The notes: a model not told the origin generated them from the sequence alone. Shown: positions 30,086 through 40,266, numbered from the stretch's first letter. The stretch: DNA of 64,000 bases from Ignavibacteria bacterium (GCA_016873735.1 VGWD01000005.1:1929-65928); one strand, 5' to 3'. Numbers and translations are program-made.

Positions 30086-30090
30086 TAAAG

Positions 30091-31653
30091 ATGTATACAC
30101 CTCAAGATAGACGTGAATTCCTAAAGATCCTCATAGGTGGGACAGGTGCTGCCTATTTGGCAATACAAGGATGTGGAAATGATGCATCTTCCGAACTCAA
30201 GAACATAGCAGGCCCTCATCAGCAAGCGCTGTTGAAGCGACAAAGACATGCCATTGCTCATGCTTATTTGCGTGATAAGTCATTTGATGCAAGTAAATTT
30301 AAGAACTCCTATCTGCAAACAGATATTGTGATTATTGGAGGTGGAGCATCCGGATTGGCGGCAGGTCTATCCCTTCAAGATGCCGGATATTCCATATTGA
30401 TTCTTGAAAATGAACACCAAATTGGTGGTGCCGGTATAAAAGGATCAATGCATGGGATAGCTTATCCATATGGATCAGTCTATTTTGTTGATGAAACAGA
30501 AGAAATAGCATCGATTTGCAAAAGAGCAGGAATACAATCTAATTCTGCTCCCGAAGATGCAGTATTATTCAAGGATACACTCATTGAGAATTTCTGGTCT
30601 GATATTTCCATTGAAGCACTTCCAATCTCACCTCTGGAAAAGGATGGCTGTAAACGATTCAGAGATCTGTTATTACATGAGAGTTTCATCCCTTCTTATC
30701 CATTACCGAATAAGTTGAGCCCTCAAGAGGCACAATTAGATGGGCAAACATCACGATCTTTTCTGAAACAATATCAATCGCCATTTCTTGAAACCATGCT
30801 TGATATTTATTCGAAATCTTCTATGGGTGCTTCAATAGATGAAACGAATGCATATTGCCTTCTTAATTTCTTCTCATCAGAACTAGGAAGTGAATTCGGC
30901 AAGAAGAGATTTACATTTCCAGGAGGAATGAATGCATTATATGCAGGCATTGCTTCATTGATCAAACCTGATTTCATCAAAACGGGAAATTTGGCATTTT
31001 CAGTAAAGAATAGTAAAGATGGAGTGGAAGTTCAAAGTGTAAGTGATGAATTATCACTTGTAACAATAAAAGCCAAGAAAGTCATCATGGCCGGTCCAAA
31101 GCATATTGCTCCCTTCATGATTCATGATTTACCGGATGATCAAAAGGCGGCTATGCTTTCCATGAAATACCCGCCATATGCCACCATTCATATGTCTATG
31201 AAAGAAGAGATATTTCCGGGATCGATCATGGATGTTTGGACCCCTGAAGCAAATGGTTTCTGTACTGATATCATTTGTTCGAATGCAATGCAAGATACAA
31301 AGTCATCAGAACATGCATATGTCTATTCCATCTTTGGGGCCATGCCACATGAGCAACGTTCGCTTTTGCTGGATGATACCGAACTATCATCATATGCATT
31401 GAATATCATAAAGAAGACAATGAACTATCTTCATAAGCCAATGGACATTCTTGATAGTGTGGAAGTTTATGCTTGGGGTCATGCATTGGCAATACCATAT
31501 CCCGGTTCACATAATGGGCCTGCTCAAATAGCGTCTCGCCCACATGGAAATGTGCTATTTGGATCTTCAGACAATGATGCCGCCTCAAGTGTTGAAAATG
31601 CTCTTGCAAATGGATTTGCCACGGCTAAGGAGATTATTGCATCACTTTCTTGA
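30091..31653 (+). CDS. Tat-signal FAD-dependent oxidoreductase (amine oxidase/phytoene desaturase-like Rossmann)
   Basis: The twin-arginine motif 'DRREFLKILIGGTGAA' is present. The FAD dinucleotide motif is 'DIVIIGGGASGLAAGLSL'. The chosen ATG at 30091 avoids the terminator hairpin. Confidence 0.6.
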   Translation: MYTPQDRREFLKILIGGTGAAYLAIQGCGNDASSELKNIAGPHQQALLKRQRHAIAHAYLRDKSFDASKFKNSYLQTDIVIIGGGASGLAAGLSLQDAGYSILILENEHQIGGAGIKGSMHGIAYPYGSVYFVDETEEIASICKRAGIQSNSAPEDAVLFKDTLIENFWSDISIEALPISPLEKDGCKRFRDLLLHESFIPSYPLPNKLSPQEAQLDGQTSRSFLKQYQSPFLETMLDIYSKSSMGASIDETNAYCLLNFFSSELGSEFGKKRFTFPGGMNALYAGIASLIKPDFIKTGNLAFSVKNSKDGVEVQSVSDELSLVTIKAKKVIMAGPKHIAPFMIHDLPDDQKAAMLSMKYPPYATIHMSMKEEIFPGSIMDVWTPEANGFCTDIICSNAMQDTKSSEHAYVYSIFGAMPHEQRSLLLDDTELSSYALNIIKKTMNYLHKPMDILDSVEVYAWGHALAIPYPGSHNGPAQIASRPHGNVLFGSSDNDAASSVENALANGFATAKEIIASLS

Positions 31654-31666
31654 TGAATGGGGAAAT

Positions 31667-32764
31667 ATGAAAAGGAAATCACTATGGGGAAAGGAAGATA
31701 TCATCGGTTTATCATTGTTCCATTCTATTCATGGTCCGCGTTTGAGGGCAATTATTTCTATATATGATTCACTCGATTCTTTTTGTCGATTTGGATTGTC
31801 GAAACCATTGTTTCACGATTCAATTACAGATATTACAGACGAAATACGTGATATCGGACTTAGACATATAGCTGAACATGAAGAACAGGGAATAGTAATC
31901 AGCACTTTTGCCTCAGAAGAGTATCCGCAAAGCCTTTTGCATATAGAATATCCACCTTCATTGCTGTATATAAAAGGGGAACTTAACAATGAAATCGCGA
32001 TCGGTATTGTTGGAACCAGAGCTCCAACACCATATGGACAAAGGGTTGGAGAATATTTTTCTGAAACTCTTGCGCACAATGGAGTATGCATCGTCAGTGG
32101 TTTAGCTCCGGGAATAGATACCATTGTTCATAAATCCGTGATACGAAATAATGGACTCACATATGCGGTGATAGCATCCGGGCATGAGAAAATTAGTCCC
32201 AGAAATGCAAGGGAGTTATCTGAGGTAGTCATTGATTCAGGTGGCGCTGTTATCTCTGAGTACTCCATGAATGTGAAAGCAAAGCCACCATTTTTCCCAC
32301 GGAGAAATAGGATCATAAGCGGATTGAGTACTTCGGTGCTGATTGTGGAAAGTGGGAAAAAAGGAGGCTCAATGATCACGGCACAATTTGCATTTGATCA
32401 GAATAGGGATGTGTTCGTTATTCCGGGAAGTATCTATTCTCCTATGTCAGAAGGGAATCATCACCTTTTATTGAAAGACAAGGGTATGATAGCAACCAAT
32501 CCTCATGAATTGCTATTTCATGCCAAAAGAGAACCAAAAAAGCAGACTGCCAGACATGAATGTAATGTTGAAGAACATGCTATATTGCAATATCTTGGTA
32601 GTGAACCAAAACATATTGATGAGATTGTTGCATATGCTATGATTTCTCGCTCTCAGATAATGTCATCATTATTGATTTTGCAATGTCGCTCGATAGTAAA
32701 GCAACTTCCCGGAATGAACTTTATCCGATTAACCAATGAATTCACACTCTCAAAGAAAGCATGA
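31667..32764 (+). CDS. dprA: DNA-processing protein A (DprA/Smf)
   Basis: The Rossmann-like DprA core is 'GIVGTRAPTPYGQRVGEYFSETLAHNGVCIVSGLAPGIDTIVHK'. A C-terminal winged-helix-like region follows. The start was chosen at MKRKSLWG. Confidence 0.8.
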   Translation: MKRKSLWGKEDIIGLSLFHSIHGPRLRAIISIYDSLDSFCRFGLSKPLFHDSITDITDEIRDIGLRHIAEHEEQGIVISTFASEEYPQSLLHIEYPPSLLYIKGELNNEIAIGIVGTRAPTPYGQRVGEYFSETLAHNGVCIVSGLAPGIDTIVHKSVIRNNGLTYAVIASGHEKISPRNARELSEVVIDSGGAVISEYSMNVKAKPPFFPRRNRIISGLSTSVLIVESGKKGGSMITAQFAFDQNRDVFVIPGSIYSPMSEGNHHLLLKDKGMIATNPHELLFHAKREPKKQTARHECNVEEHAILQYLGSEPKHIDEIVAYAMISRSQIMSSLLILQCRSIVKQLPGMNFIRLTNEFTLSKKA

Positions 32765-33764
32765 TCATGTTTCTATATGCTTGCAACATGACATTGAGCA
32801 TAAAGCAAGCAGTGGATTTGATGCATATTCATTCACACATAATGCTCTGCCTGAATTGAACTTTGAAGATATAGATTTATCTGTTCAATTATTTGGTCGA
32901 ACATTCAGTTTGCCCTTATTCATATCCGGGATGACCGGTGGCTATAGGGATGCAATTGACATCAATGGTGCATTGGCTGAAGTTTGTTGTGAATTGTCAA
33001 TTCCACTGGTGTTAGGATCGCAACGTTCGATGTTGCATGATGATCATTCAGATTCAACATTCACAATCGCTCGGGAAAGAGGATCAAACATCTGTATTTC
33101 AGCCAATATTGGTGCGACCGAAATTGCTCAATCAATTCATCATGATGGAATTATTCGCATCATTGACACTATCAATGCAGATTGGATTACCATTCATGCC
33201 AATCCCTTGCAGGAACTTTTTCAGCCGGAAGGGAATACTGATTTTCGAGGTGTGCTCAAAGGTATTGAAGATTGTAGAAAGAGAATTCAGATTCCAATGA
33301 TTGTGAAAGAAGTTGGATCCGGAATTTCTCTTGATATTGCAAAGCGATTGCATGATATTGGTATAGATGGCATTGATGTGGCAGGAAAAGGAGGTACAAG
33401 TTGGTCGGCTGTTGAAATGAAGAGGAATGAAAAGGAGCATTCTGATTATTTCAAAGAATGGGGCATGGAAACTTCAGACTGTTTATTGTCTTTGAGGGAA
33501 TTCTGTGAAAACAACAACTTGGCACTGTTGTCATCTGGTGGAATTCGTAATGCACATGATATTGCGATGTCGGTGGCTATGGGAGCCAAATCTGTGGGTA
33601 TGGCAAGACCGATCCTGATTGCATATCATGAAGGTGGGATTCGACATGTCAAGATGCTGATTGAACAATTCATGAAAGATGTTCAAAGAATAATGTTCTT
33701 AACAGGCAGCAATAATTGTAATGCTCTTTCACAAGCGCAATTCAAAATGAATCAACGAAATTGA
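32736..33764 (+). CDS. fni: Isopentenyl-diphosphate delta-isomerase, type 2 (FMN-dependent)
   Basis: It has the N-terminal 'RKHDHVSICL' block. 'MTGGYRD', 'GSQR' and 'VKEVGSGIS' motifs mark the IDI-2 TIM barrel. Confidence 0.8.
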   Translation: MNSHSQRKHDHVSICLQHDIEHKASSGFDAYSFTHNALPELNFEDIDLSVQLFGRTFSLPLFISGMTGGYRDAIDINGALAEVCCELSIPLVLGSQRSMLHDDHSDSTFTIARERGSNICISANIGATEIAQSIHHDGIIRIIDTINADWITIHANPLQELFQPEGNTDFRGVLKGIEDCRKRIQIPMIVKEVGSGISLDIAKRLHDIGIDGIDVAGKGGTSWSAVEMKRNEKEHSDYFKEWGMETSDCLLSLREFCENNNLALLSSGGIRNAHDIAMSVAMGAKSVGMARPILIAYHEGGIRHVKMLIEQFMKDVQRIMFLTGSNNCNALSQAQFKMNQRN

Positions 33765-34450
33765 TCTTCGCTAATCCCTTTGTTCACTACAATTGAAGTA
33801 TATGTTATCTGAGCACTCCCTTTTGTATTCTTCTTGCTATTGGCCGGTTTTTTTTCAGAAAGTAAGTCACCGGTCATGGATTTAGGAAGTGAAAAAGCGG
33901 GGACATCAAATGACATGTAAATTGATGATGGTAAAGCATACCGAAGATGCTCATTTTTATATGCCATGTCCATGATAATAGTTCCACTCTTTGTTACGGC
34001 TGACATCTTTGCAATTATCTCCTTTTTGGAATCTAACCAAACGGTTGCTACAATGATTTGTCCTGTATCAGCAATGGGTATGACTTTTTTTACTTTGTAA
34101 TTGATCCCTTTGATCATCTCATCCGGTAAATCCACACTTGTAAAAGGGGATTCCAACAGGGCGGCAAAAGGGAGCCCGGCACCTTGTTTTGGCAACATGG
34201 AGAATCCATCTGATTTTATTTTCAATCTTCCGGGGGACTTGTAGAGAATTCTTGCCTGTGATGGTTTGGCCTTTAAAAATTCCACGTTCAAGGTTATTGT
34301 GGCATCAGCCGTAAAATCTTTGATTGCACGAACTTTGTCTCTGACTTTATTCAACAGTGTGTCAGAGGCATGTATTTTAGTGAAACTAATGACAAAAAGA
34401 ATGATGAAGATAAGTGTGTTCATATAATTCGCATGATGTAGTGGTAACAC
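33752..34450 (-). CDS. LolA-like outer-membrane lipoprotein carrier/sorting-fold protein
   Basis: It has a signal peptide. 'ITLNVEFLKAKPSQARILYKSPGRLKIKSDGFSMLPK' is a typical LolA/DUF4292 beta-barrel segment. Confidence 0.45.
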   Translation of the reverse strand: MLPLHHANYMNTLIFIILFVISFTKIHASDTLLNKVRDKVRAIKDFTADATITLNVEFLKAKPSQARILYKSPGRLKIKSDGFSMLPKQGAGLPFAALLESPFTSVDLPDEMIKGINYKVKKVIPIADTGQIIVATVWLDSKKEIIAKMSAVTKSGTIIMDMAYKNEHLRYALPSSIYMSFDVPAFSLPKSMTGDLLSEKKPANSKKNTKGSAQITYTSIVVNKGISEDQFR

Positions 34451-34480
34451 GCTAAACAGATCTTATGAATGCATTGTTCC

Positions 34481-35710
34481 CTATGACATTTCAACATAAT
34501 TCATATCCTTACCAAAAGTTTCTTCCAATGGAATGACAGATAGTATTGCGATGATGGTACAAGCTATTCCGACGCACAATGCTGAATATTTCATGCCGAT
34601 CATAGGCGAAAGTGCGGCAAATGCTACTGATATCAGATTCAAAGAGCCGCGAGCAATGTTTGGGACAGTAGTTGCAACTGTGGCTCTTAGATTGGTTCCG
34701 AATTGTTCAGCAGCTATGGTAACGAAAATTGCCCAGAAGCCTACAGAAATTCCTAAAACAAATATCCACCAATACAATGCAACCGAACTGGTAAAAGGGA
34801 ACATCAAATATCCGATGCTACAAAAAGCATTGAATGCCAAAAATTGGAACATTACTTTTCTTCTGCTTTTGTACACCTGGCTAAGCCATCCCGTCAGGAA
34901 ATCCCCTATAGCCAAACCTGCATAGCAGAATGCTATGGCATCACCACCTGAAATCGAATCCGTTATACCATGCGCTTTGGCAAATTCAGGAGCAAGCGTC
35001 ACCAGGATTCCCACGACAAACCATGTAGGCATTCCAATTAAAATGCAAAGCAAAAATCGCTTTAGAAGGTGTGGACTTGATAATAATTGTAGAAGACTTC
35101 CTTTTTTGTGATCGGAACTCTTGACATTTGAAAACATTTCGGATTCAACAACTTTGATTCTGAGAAGAAGTAATGCTAGCCCCATGATTCCACCAACGAT
35201 ATATGCTGTTCGCCAATCCAGTTTTGCGACCATATTTGCAAGCAAAGCACCTGTTACTCCAATTCCTGCAACTATCATTGTTCCATATCCTCTTTGATCC
35301 TTTGGCAACACTTCTGATACGAGAGTGATTCCCACGCCTAATTCACCTGCCAAGCCAATACCGGCGATAAATCGTAAGACAGCATATTGTTCCACATTCG
35401 TTACGAATGCATTTGCAGTATTTGCCAATGAATAGAGGAGGATTGATCCGAACAATGTTGAAATGCGTCCTTTTTTGTCTCCTAACACTCCCCATAATAC
35501 ACCTCCGATAAGCGTACCGGCCATTTGCATATTAAGAAGGAAAAGGCCTTGTTTTGTTATGTCTTCAGGCAATAGGCCAAGCGAAGCCAAACTTGGAACT
35601 CGAACTACACTAAACAAAATCAAGTCATAAATGTCGACGAAATATCCCAATGCTGCTACAATGACGGCTACATTGAGTGCTGCATTGCGGAGACCATTTA
35701 CATGTGACAT
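34481..35710 (-). CDS. MFS transporter
   Basis: It is 409 aa with 12 predicted TM helices. The loop 2-3 motif 'GVLGDKKGR' is MFS-like. Confidence 0.8.
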   Translation of the reverse strand: MSHVNGLRNAALNVAVIVAALGYFVDIYDLILFSVVRVPSLASLGLLPEDITKQGLFLLNMQMAGTLIGGVLWGVLGDKKGRISTLFGSILLYSLANTANAFVTNVEQYAVLRFIAGIGLAGELGVGITLVSEVLPKDQRGYGTMIVAGIGVTGALLANMVAKLDWRTAYIVGGIMGLALLLLRIKVVESEMFSNVKSSDHKKGSLLQLLSSPHLLKRFLLCILIGMPTWFVVGILVTLAPEFAKAHGITDSISGGDAIAFCYAGLAIGDFLTGWLSQVYKSRRKVMFQFLAFNAFCSIGYLMFPFTSSVALYWWIFVLGISVGFWAIFVTIAAEQFGTNLRATVATTVPNIARGSLNLISVAFAALSPMIGMKYSALCVGIACTIIAILSVIPLEETFGKDMNYVEMS

Positions 35711-35725
35711 AGTATTCTCACTTTA

Positions 35726-36649
35726 TTAATGTCGACCACTGAAATAAGTGGCATCAATGAATTCTTCATTGTATTCTCTTCGCTCTTTTAATGAAGAATC
35801 GTGAGAATCCAATACTTCTTGATCCAATAACCAATTGTTTCCCGTCAGCAATCGAATGGTTTCATTCGCTTTTTCAATTTCGCGATCAATGTGTAGTATT
35901 TGTTGATTCAGGGTTTCACCATGTCGTTGAATCCAAGATTCATCTCGAAGTCCAAGTTCATAACAAAAGGGAATCTGTTTCTTAAGTACTTCAATCGAAT
36001 GTTGCTCTTTTGATAGTAATTCTTCTATCTTTTTTAATTCATTCTTTAATCCTTCGTAACTCAATGAATCATCTTGAATGGGGTTAAGATGTGTATTGTT
36101 GCAGATCAATGTATGCAGGGCATGAAGTCCGTGTAAGTCTTTTGCATCATAAGCTCGCTGGACAGACAACCAATACATCCGAGTTAATTCGGGGTCCGCG
36201 GCGGAATCCGGATGGAGCTTCTTAGCTAATTCTTTGTATAATTTAGAAAGTGAGGCATGATCGGTTTGCATATTGACTGATCTGGTGTTTTTTGCTTCTT
36301 GCTCGAGTAAGGTTCTCATTCTTGCTTTGATTGCAGCGAATTCTTTATCTACTACCTTATGAATGAGAGCTATCAATTCAGGAGTTAATTTTTCACCTCT
36401 TTGATGTTTTATCATCAAAAGCTCTGCTCTTCTCTGCAATTCGCTTTGCAGCAATGCCTTTTTTTGAATATCAATTTCAAGATGTTTGAAGTGTTTGTCA
36501 TACATGTCATGAAGAGCTTGCTTGTCAACTTCATTCATGCGATAATGGAGATGTATCAATGACTCCAAATCATGCTTTGCTTCTGCAATTGCTTTTTTTA
36601 ATGCAATGATATCCTGGTGCAGCTCAATATGTGAATGATTGTGGCTCAT
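35726..36649 (-). CDS. Coiled-coil protein with an internal J-domain-like segment
   Basis: 'LSKLYKELAKKLHPDSAADPELTRMYWLSVQRAYDAKD' contains the HPD tripeptide in J-domain context. The rest is helical and charged. Confidence 0.45.
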   Translation of the reverse strand: MSHNHSHIELHQDIIALKKAIAEAKHDLESLIHLHYRMNEVDKQALHDMYDKHFKHLEIDIQKKALLQSELQRRAELLMIKHQRGEKLTPELIALIHKVVDKEFAAIKARMRTLLEQEAKNTRSVNMQTDHASLSKLYKELAKKLHPDSAADPELTRMYWLSVQRAYDAKDLHGLHALHTLICNNTHLNPIQDDSLSYEGLKNELKKIEELLSKEQHSIEVLKKQIPFCYELGLRDESWIQRHGETLNQQILHIDREIEKANETIRLLTGNNWLLDQEVLDSHDSSLKERREYNEEFIDATYFSGRH

Positions 36650-37227
36650 CTGGGTTGATAAGAACTAAAAGCCAAGGCAATGTGGTCGGAATTCAAAAAT
36701 TCTTCTTTATTCTTTGAAATGATGCAAAGATGATGAATACGGGTATTTCTTGAATACATCTCTGATACGCCAAAATATCGTTTCCCATCTGAAGTAAAAG
36801 AAAAGAATGTGCGTTCGCCATTGAGTACAGTAGTTTTGATGTTCTTCTTGCATGTATGAGTTGTTGTTTTCTTTGCATTCAATGAGTGCAAGAACATGTT
36901 GATTGCGGATTCAAAAAGTGTTCTATCTTTTCTCTTATTGAACACTTCATCTTCATAAGAAGCAATACTGATGATCATGGACAATGTATCATTATCGATT
37001 ACATATGCATCTTGAATCGCAACGCCGAATATGGTTGGCAATGTGTCTCTTCCGGTATATCGTAATTGCTGAAAAGGTGAAGAAAGTTCTATCGAGAATA
37101 TTGAGTCTTTACCCACAAACTTTTGAGACATGGGTATGTTTCTAAGTTTATTGACAGGTGCAGAACTCTTATCCCCATTACATGATGCAAGAAGAAGTAC
37201 GCATAACAAATGCAGGAAATATCTCAT
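36646..37227 (-). CDS. Lipoprotein, function unknown
   Basis: The lipobox 'LLLASC' follows a signal peptide. The gene overlaps both neighbours by 4 nt. Confidence 0.4.
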   Translation of the reverse strand: MRYFLHLLCVLLLASCNGDKSSAPVNKLRNIPMSQKFVGKDSIFSIELSSPFQQLRYTGRDTLPTIFGVAIQDAYVIDNDTLSMIISIASYEDEVFNKRKDRTLFESAINMFLHSLNAKKTTTHTCKKNIKTTVLNGERTFFSFTSDGKRYFGVSEMYSRNTRIHHLCIISKNKEEFLNSDHIALAFSSYQPR

Positions 37228-39566
37228 GATTCGTTTTTTCTTCTTTTCTGGACGAAGAATCCAAATGCTATTCCAAGAATAGTCAATCCCAGTCCTGAAT
37301 ACGTAATCGTGGACCCGGTTGCATATGCTTTTGAGTCATATGTAATGACAATGGTATGGTTTCCTTTGGGTACTTCAATACCACGCAATGACCAATTGAT
37401 TCGATGAATGTCTATGTCATTGCCATCTATGGTTGCTTTCCAAGCCGGATACCATATCTCGCTCAGACATAATATGCCATTTATTGAAGTTTCCACTTTA
37501 TACTGTTGTTGATTTGGTCCATATTCAATTGTCTTGATATTATGGTTAACCGAATCTGGATTAGCGGCTGATAGGGATATTGCAGGTATTTTTTCCATGT
37601 AAGCAATATTCTTTAGATCTGAACCGGCATTCATGATCGCATTTTTCATCGCTGAATCATCTGAGATCACTTTTGCAGCGAAAACCATCCTGGCATGACC
37701 ATACGCACTTTCTCTTTTTTTGAAGTACAATGATCCTGAAGTCGAATCGAGTGCAATCGCATAACGGATATTCAGAATGTCGAAGCGGTCTTCCTCTGAT
37801 TTTAAAGGTGGTACTCTTCGTGATAAAAGAATGGGGTTATATCCTTCATAGAGCATGATACCCGCATTCATTCCTCCATTTCTTTGGAAGGCCATTCCAT
37901 ACTGATTGCGCATCGAAACGCGGAAAATATCCTGTGGAAACTTTGAAGACAATTGATTGCGAAGATCGTCTGCAATGATATATGCTGTATATGGATTTTC
38001 TTTTGATCCATGAAAGTCTTTGAATTGTACATGTAGGTCCAAAAATATGAGTCCGCAAAGAGCAATGCCGCTGATGAGCGGATTCAAGGTTTCTTTTCCT
38101 CGCAGAACAATGATGAGTGAACCTATGATTGCAATGACAATGATATATCCCGCTTGTTTTCCTGCAAAAGCACTCAATGGATCATTCACGGAAGCAAATG
38201 ACTGAATGATACCGAATACAATCAATGCAAGTATGATGAATGGAACAGCCATAATGACAAACATTCTTTTCTTCATTTTTTCATCAGAAACGATTCGAGG
38301 CATTTGATCAAATGTCAAGCCCGCTAAAAGAGGGAATCCAAATGATGCATAGAACATCATTCTACCCGGATTTCTGAATTGTCCGAAAATCGGAATATGT
38401 GAAAGTAGTTCATGCAAAAAGCCATTGTTGCCAATTCCATAAAGAAAGGCAAAAATCCATAGGTATTGACAAGTAAGAATCAATGGAGTTTTAGGTAATA
38501 CCAACAATGACAAAAGACCAAGAATTAGGGCCAAAATTCCAAAGTAAAACGATGTATCCCAATACCAATGCGTCTGCACGGGTTCATTTGAAGCATTCAT
38601 CATGGTGAATTGTCCATCTGCATCTTTTGGACTCGGATTGCCAATTATTTTCCCATGCAATGAAGGATTGAAAGCATGAAAGAATTGCGATAATTGCATT
38701 GAGCCATCGGTTGTTTTTTCATACGTGATATCATTTCTTTCGGAATAACCTGCAAGTTCCTGACCCGGCAAATACTGAGTAGCGGCCAAAGAAGCAGCAA
38801 TGATAACCGGCAAGGCAAGAAATCCTGCATATCTGATGGCTGTAATGCCTTGCAATTGTTTATTGAGAATTCCTTGGACAAAGCCAATGAACCCAATGAC
38901 AGCAATAAACAGCAACATATAAGTGGATGTCTGAGCATGCCCTGCAAGTATGGCAATTCCAAGAATCAGTCCTGCGTATAACACATTCAATATTCTTGCT
39001 TGTTGCAATCCTTGTAAAACATGATGAATGATCAGTGGAAATAAAGCAAGATGGTATATAATCATTGGATGATTTGTCCTCACAGCCAATGCACCACTGA
39101 AGGCATAAGAAATACCGGCAACCAAAGCACCCCATTGGCTTGAACCAAGACCGCGCATCAGATATACCATGCTGAGTTGAGCAATAACAAAATGCAATAT
39201 GATGACATATTCAATGATTTTGGTTTGAAGCAATCCTGTTGCCTCATCTATGAAATATGGAAAAATCCAATGTGCTGGGTAAAAATACTGAGCTTGAAAA
39301 TCAGCAAGAAAAGGCATGCCATTAAACATGTAGGGATTCCAAAAAGGCGTAATACCCTGCGCATGTAACTTTGCACCATAACTTGCCATCGGATAAACAT
39401 ATTGAGATATATCGTCCCAAAAGAATGATGTTCCAAACACTATGTCTGAAAAAAAGATGAGAGTAGTCAGAATTGAAACTCCGACAATCAATGGCCAAGA
39501 ATATTGGCTTTTGGAAGAGGTTGTTTTGGACATTCGTGATAAATGCTCTGAATGGTCAATAATCAA
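37224..39566 (-). CDS. YfhO-family polytopic membrane protein (putative glycosyltransferase-like)
   Basis: It is 780 aa with many TM helices. The N-terminal region matches the YfhO-like architecture. Confidence 0.6.
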   Translation of the reverse strand: MIIDHSEHLSRMSKTTSSKSQYSWPLIVGVSILTTLIFFSDIVFGTSFFWDDISQYVYPMASYGAKLHAQGITPFWNPYMFNGMPFLADFQAQYFYPAHWIFPYFIDEATGLLQTKIIEYVIILHFVIAQLSMVYLMRGLGSSQWGALVAGISYAFSGALAVRTNHPMIIYHLALFPLIIHHVLQGLQQARILNVLYAGLILGIAILAGHAQTSTYMLLFIAVIGFIGFVQGILNKQLQGITAIRYAGFLALPVIIAASLAATQYLPGQELAGYSERNDITYEKTTDGSMQLSQFFHAFNPSLHGKIIGNPSPKDADGQFTMMNASNEPVQTHWYWDTSFYFGILALILGLLSLLVLPKTPLILTCQYLWIFAFLYGIGNNGFLHELLSHIPIFGQFRNPGRMMFYASFGFPLLAGLTFDQMPRIVSDEKMKKRMFVIMAVPFIILALIVFGIIQSFASVNDPLSAFAGKQAGYIIVIAIIGSLIIVLRGKETLNPLISGIALCGLIFLDLHVQFKDFHGSKENPYTAYIIADDLRNQLSSKFPQDIFRVSMRNQYGMAFQRNGGMNAGIMLYEGYNPILLSRRVPPLKSEEDRFDILNIRYAIALDSTSGSLYFKKRESAYGHARMVFAAKVISDDSAMKNAIMNAGSDLKNIAYMEKIPAISLSAANPDSVNHNIKTIEYGPNQQQYKVETSINGILCLSEIWYPAWKATIDGNDIDIHRINWSLRGIEVPKGNHTIVITYDSKAYATGSTITYSGLGLTILGIAFGFFVQKRRKNES

Positions 39567-39633
39567 GGTGCAAAATACCCCTTGGAGACTCTTTTTCCAA
39601 AGTCTTATGCTTTGTCATGATGGGTCAAGAGAC

Positions 39634-39641
39634 TATTTTTG
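39634..39641 (+). promoter_or_regulatory. Candidate -7 element TATTTTTG upstream of the yqeY-like gene
   Basis: It matches TAnnTTTG and lies 21 nt upstream of the ATG at 39662. Confidence 0.3.
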
Positions 39642-39661
39642 AACAACTTTTGGAGAATACC

Positions 39662-40111
39662 ATGAATTTCGAACAATTAATCAATGATGACCTAAAAGAA
39701 GCAATGAAATCAGGAGACAAACTCAAATTGGAAACACTTCGGAGTTTGCGTGCCTCCGTGATTGAATTCAATAAAAATGGAACAGGGAAGGAATTGGCAG
39801 AAGAAGATGCTCAAAAGATTCTGTTGCAAGCAGCCAAGAAGAGAAAAGATGCCATCGATATGTACAAGCAAGCAGGCAGACAAGATTTATTGGAGAAAGA
39901 GGAAGCGGAATTGGCAATCATTGCATCGTATTTACCTGAGCAATTAACTGAAGATCAAGTGATGGATATTTTGAAAGGGCTGATAGCACAGGTTGGAGCT
40001 GAGGGGCCTAAAGACATGGGAAAGGTTATGGGCTTGGCAATGAAAGAATTGCGAGGTAAAGCTTATGGTACATTGGTGCAGCAATGCTTGAAATCATTGC
40101 TACAGGCCTGA
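39662..40111 (+). CDS. yqeY: GatB/YqeY-domain protein
   Basis: The N-terminus 'MNFEQLINDDLKEAMKSGDKLKLETLRSL' is typical of YqeY. The length is about 150 aa. Confidence 0.8.
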   Translation: MNFEQLINDDLKEAMKSGDKLKLETLRSLRASVIEFNKNGTGKELAEEDAQKILLQAAKKRKDAIDMYKQAGRQDLLEKEEAELAIIASYLPEQLTEDQVMDILKGLIAQVGAEGPKDMGKVMGLAMKELRGKAYGTLVQQCLKSLLQA

Positions 40112-40112
40112 C

Positions 40113-40256
40113 ATGAGAAAGCCATTTCTTCCGGTTAAAACTTGCGTGACTTGTAATAGGGAATTTGCATGGAGAAAGAAATGGGAGAAGGTTTGGGAAG
40201 AGGTAAAATATTGTTCTGAACGATGCAGAAATGAGCAAAAACGAAAAAAGCCCTGA
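40113..40256 (+). CDS. DUF2256-like zinc-ribbon mini-protein (47 aa), absent from the ORF track
   Basis: The translation is MRKPFLPVKTCVTCNREFAWRKKWEKVWEEVKYCSERCRNEQKRKKP. It has CxxC...CxxxC spacing and a basic tail. It begins 2 nt after the yqeY stop. Confidence 0.55.
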   Translation: MRKPFLPVKTCVTCNREFAWRKKWEKVWEEVKYCSERCRNEQKRKKP

Positions 40257-40265
40257 AAGGGCTTT
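40247..40265. terminator. Hairpin AAAGCCC-tgaaa-GGGCTTT between the mini-protein and tRNA-Val (possible bidirectional terminator)
   Basis: It is a perfect 7-bp stem. The stop codon TGA sits in the loop. Confidence 0.4.
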
Positions 40266-40266
40266 G

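Noticed and set aside
30067-30090. ORF-track ATG at 30067 for the Tat-oxidoreductase.
   Set aside because: That ATG sits inside the terminator hairpin (30052-30073). The Tat motif DRREFLK fits better with the ATG at 30091.
31544-31666. Upstream extension of dprA (ORF-track start 31544) overlapping the FAD-oxidoreductase gene by 110 nt.
   Set aside because: The extension has no DprA homology. The ATG at 31667 (MKRKSLWG) lies just after the upstream stop and gives a conventional DprA length.
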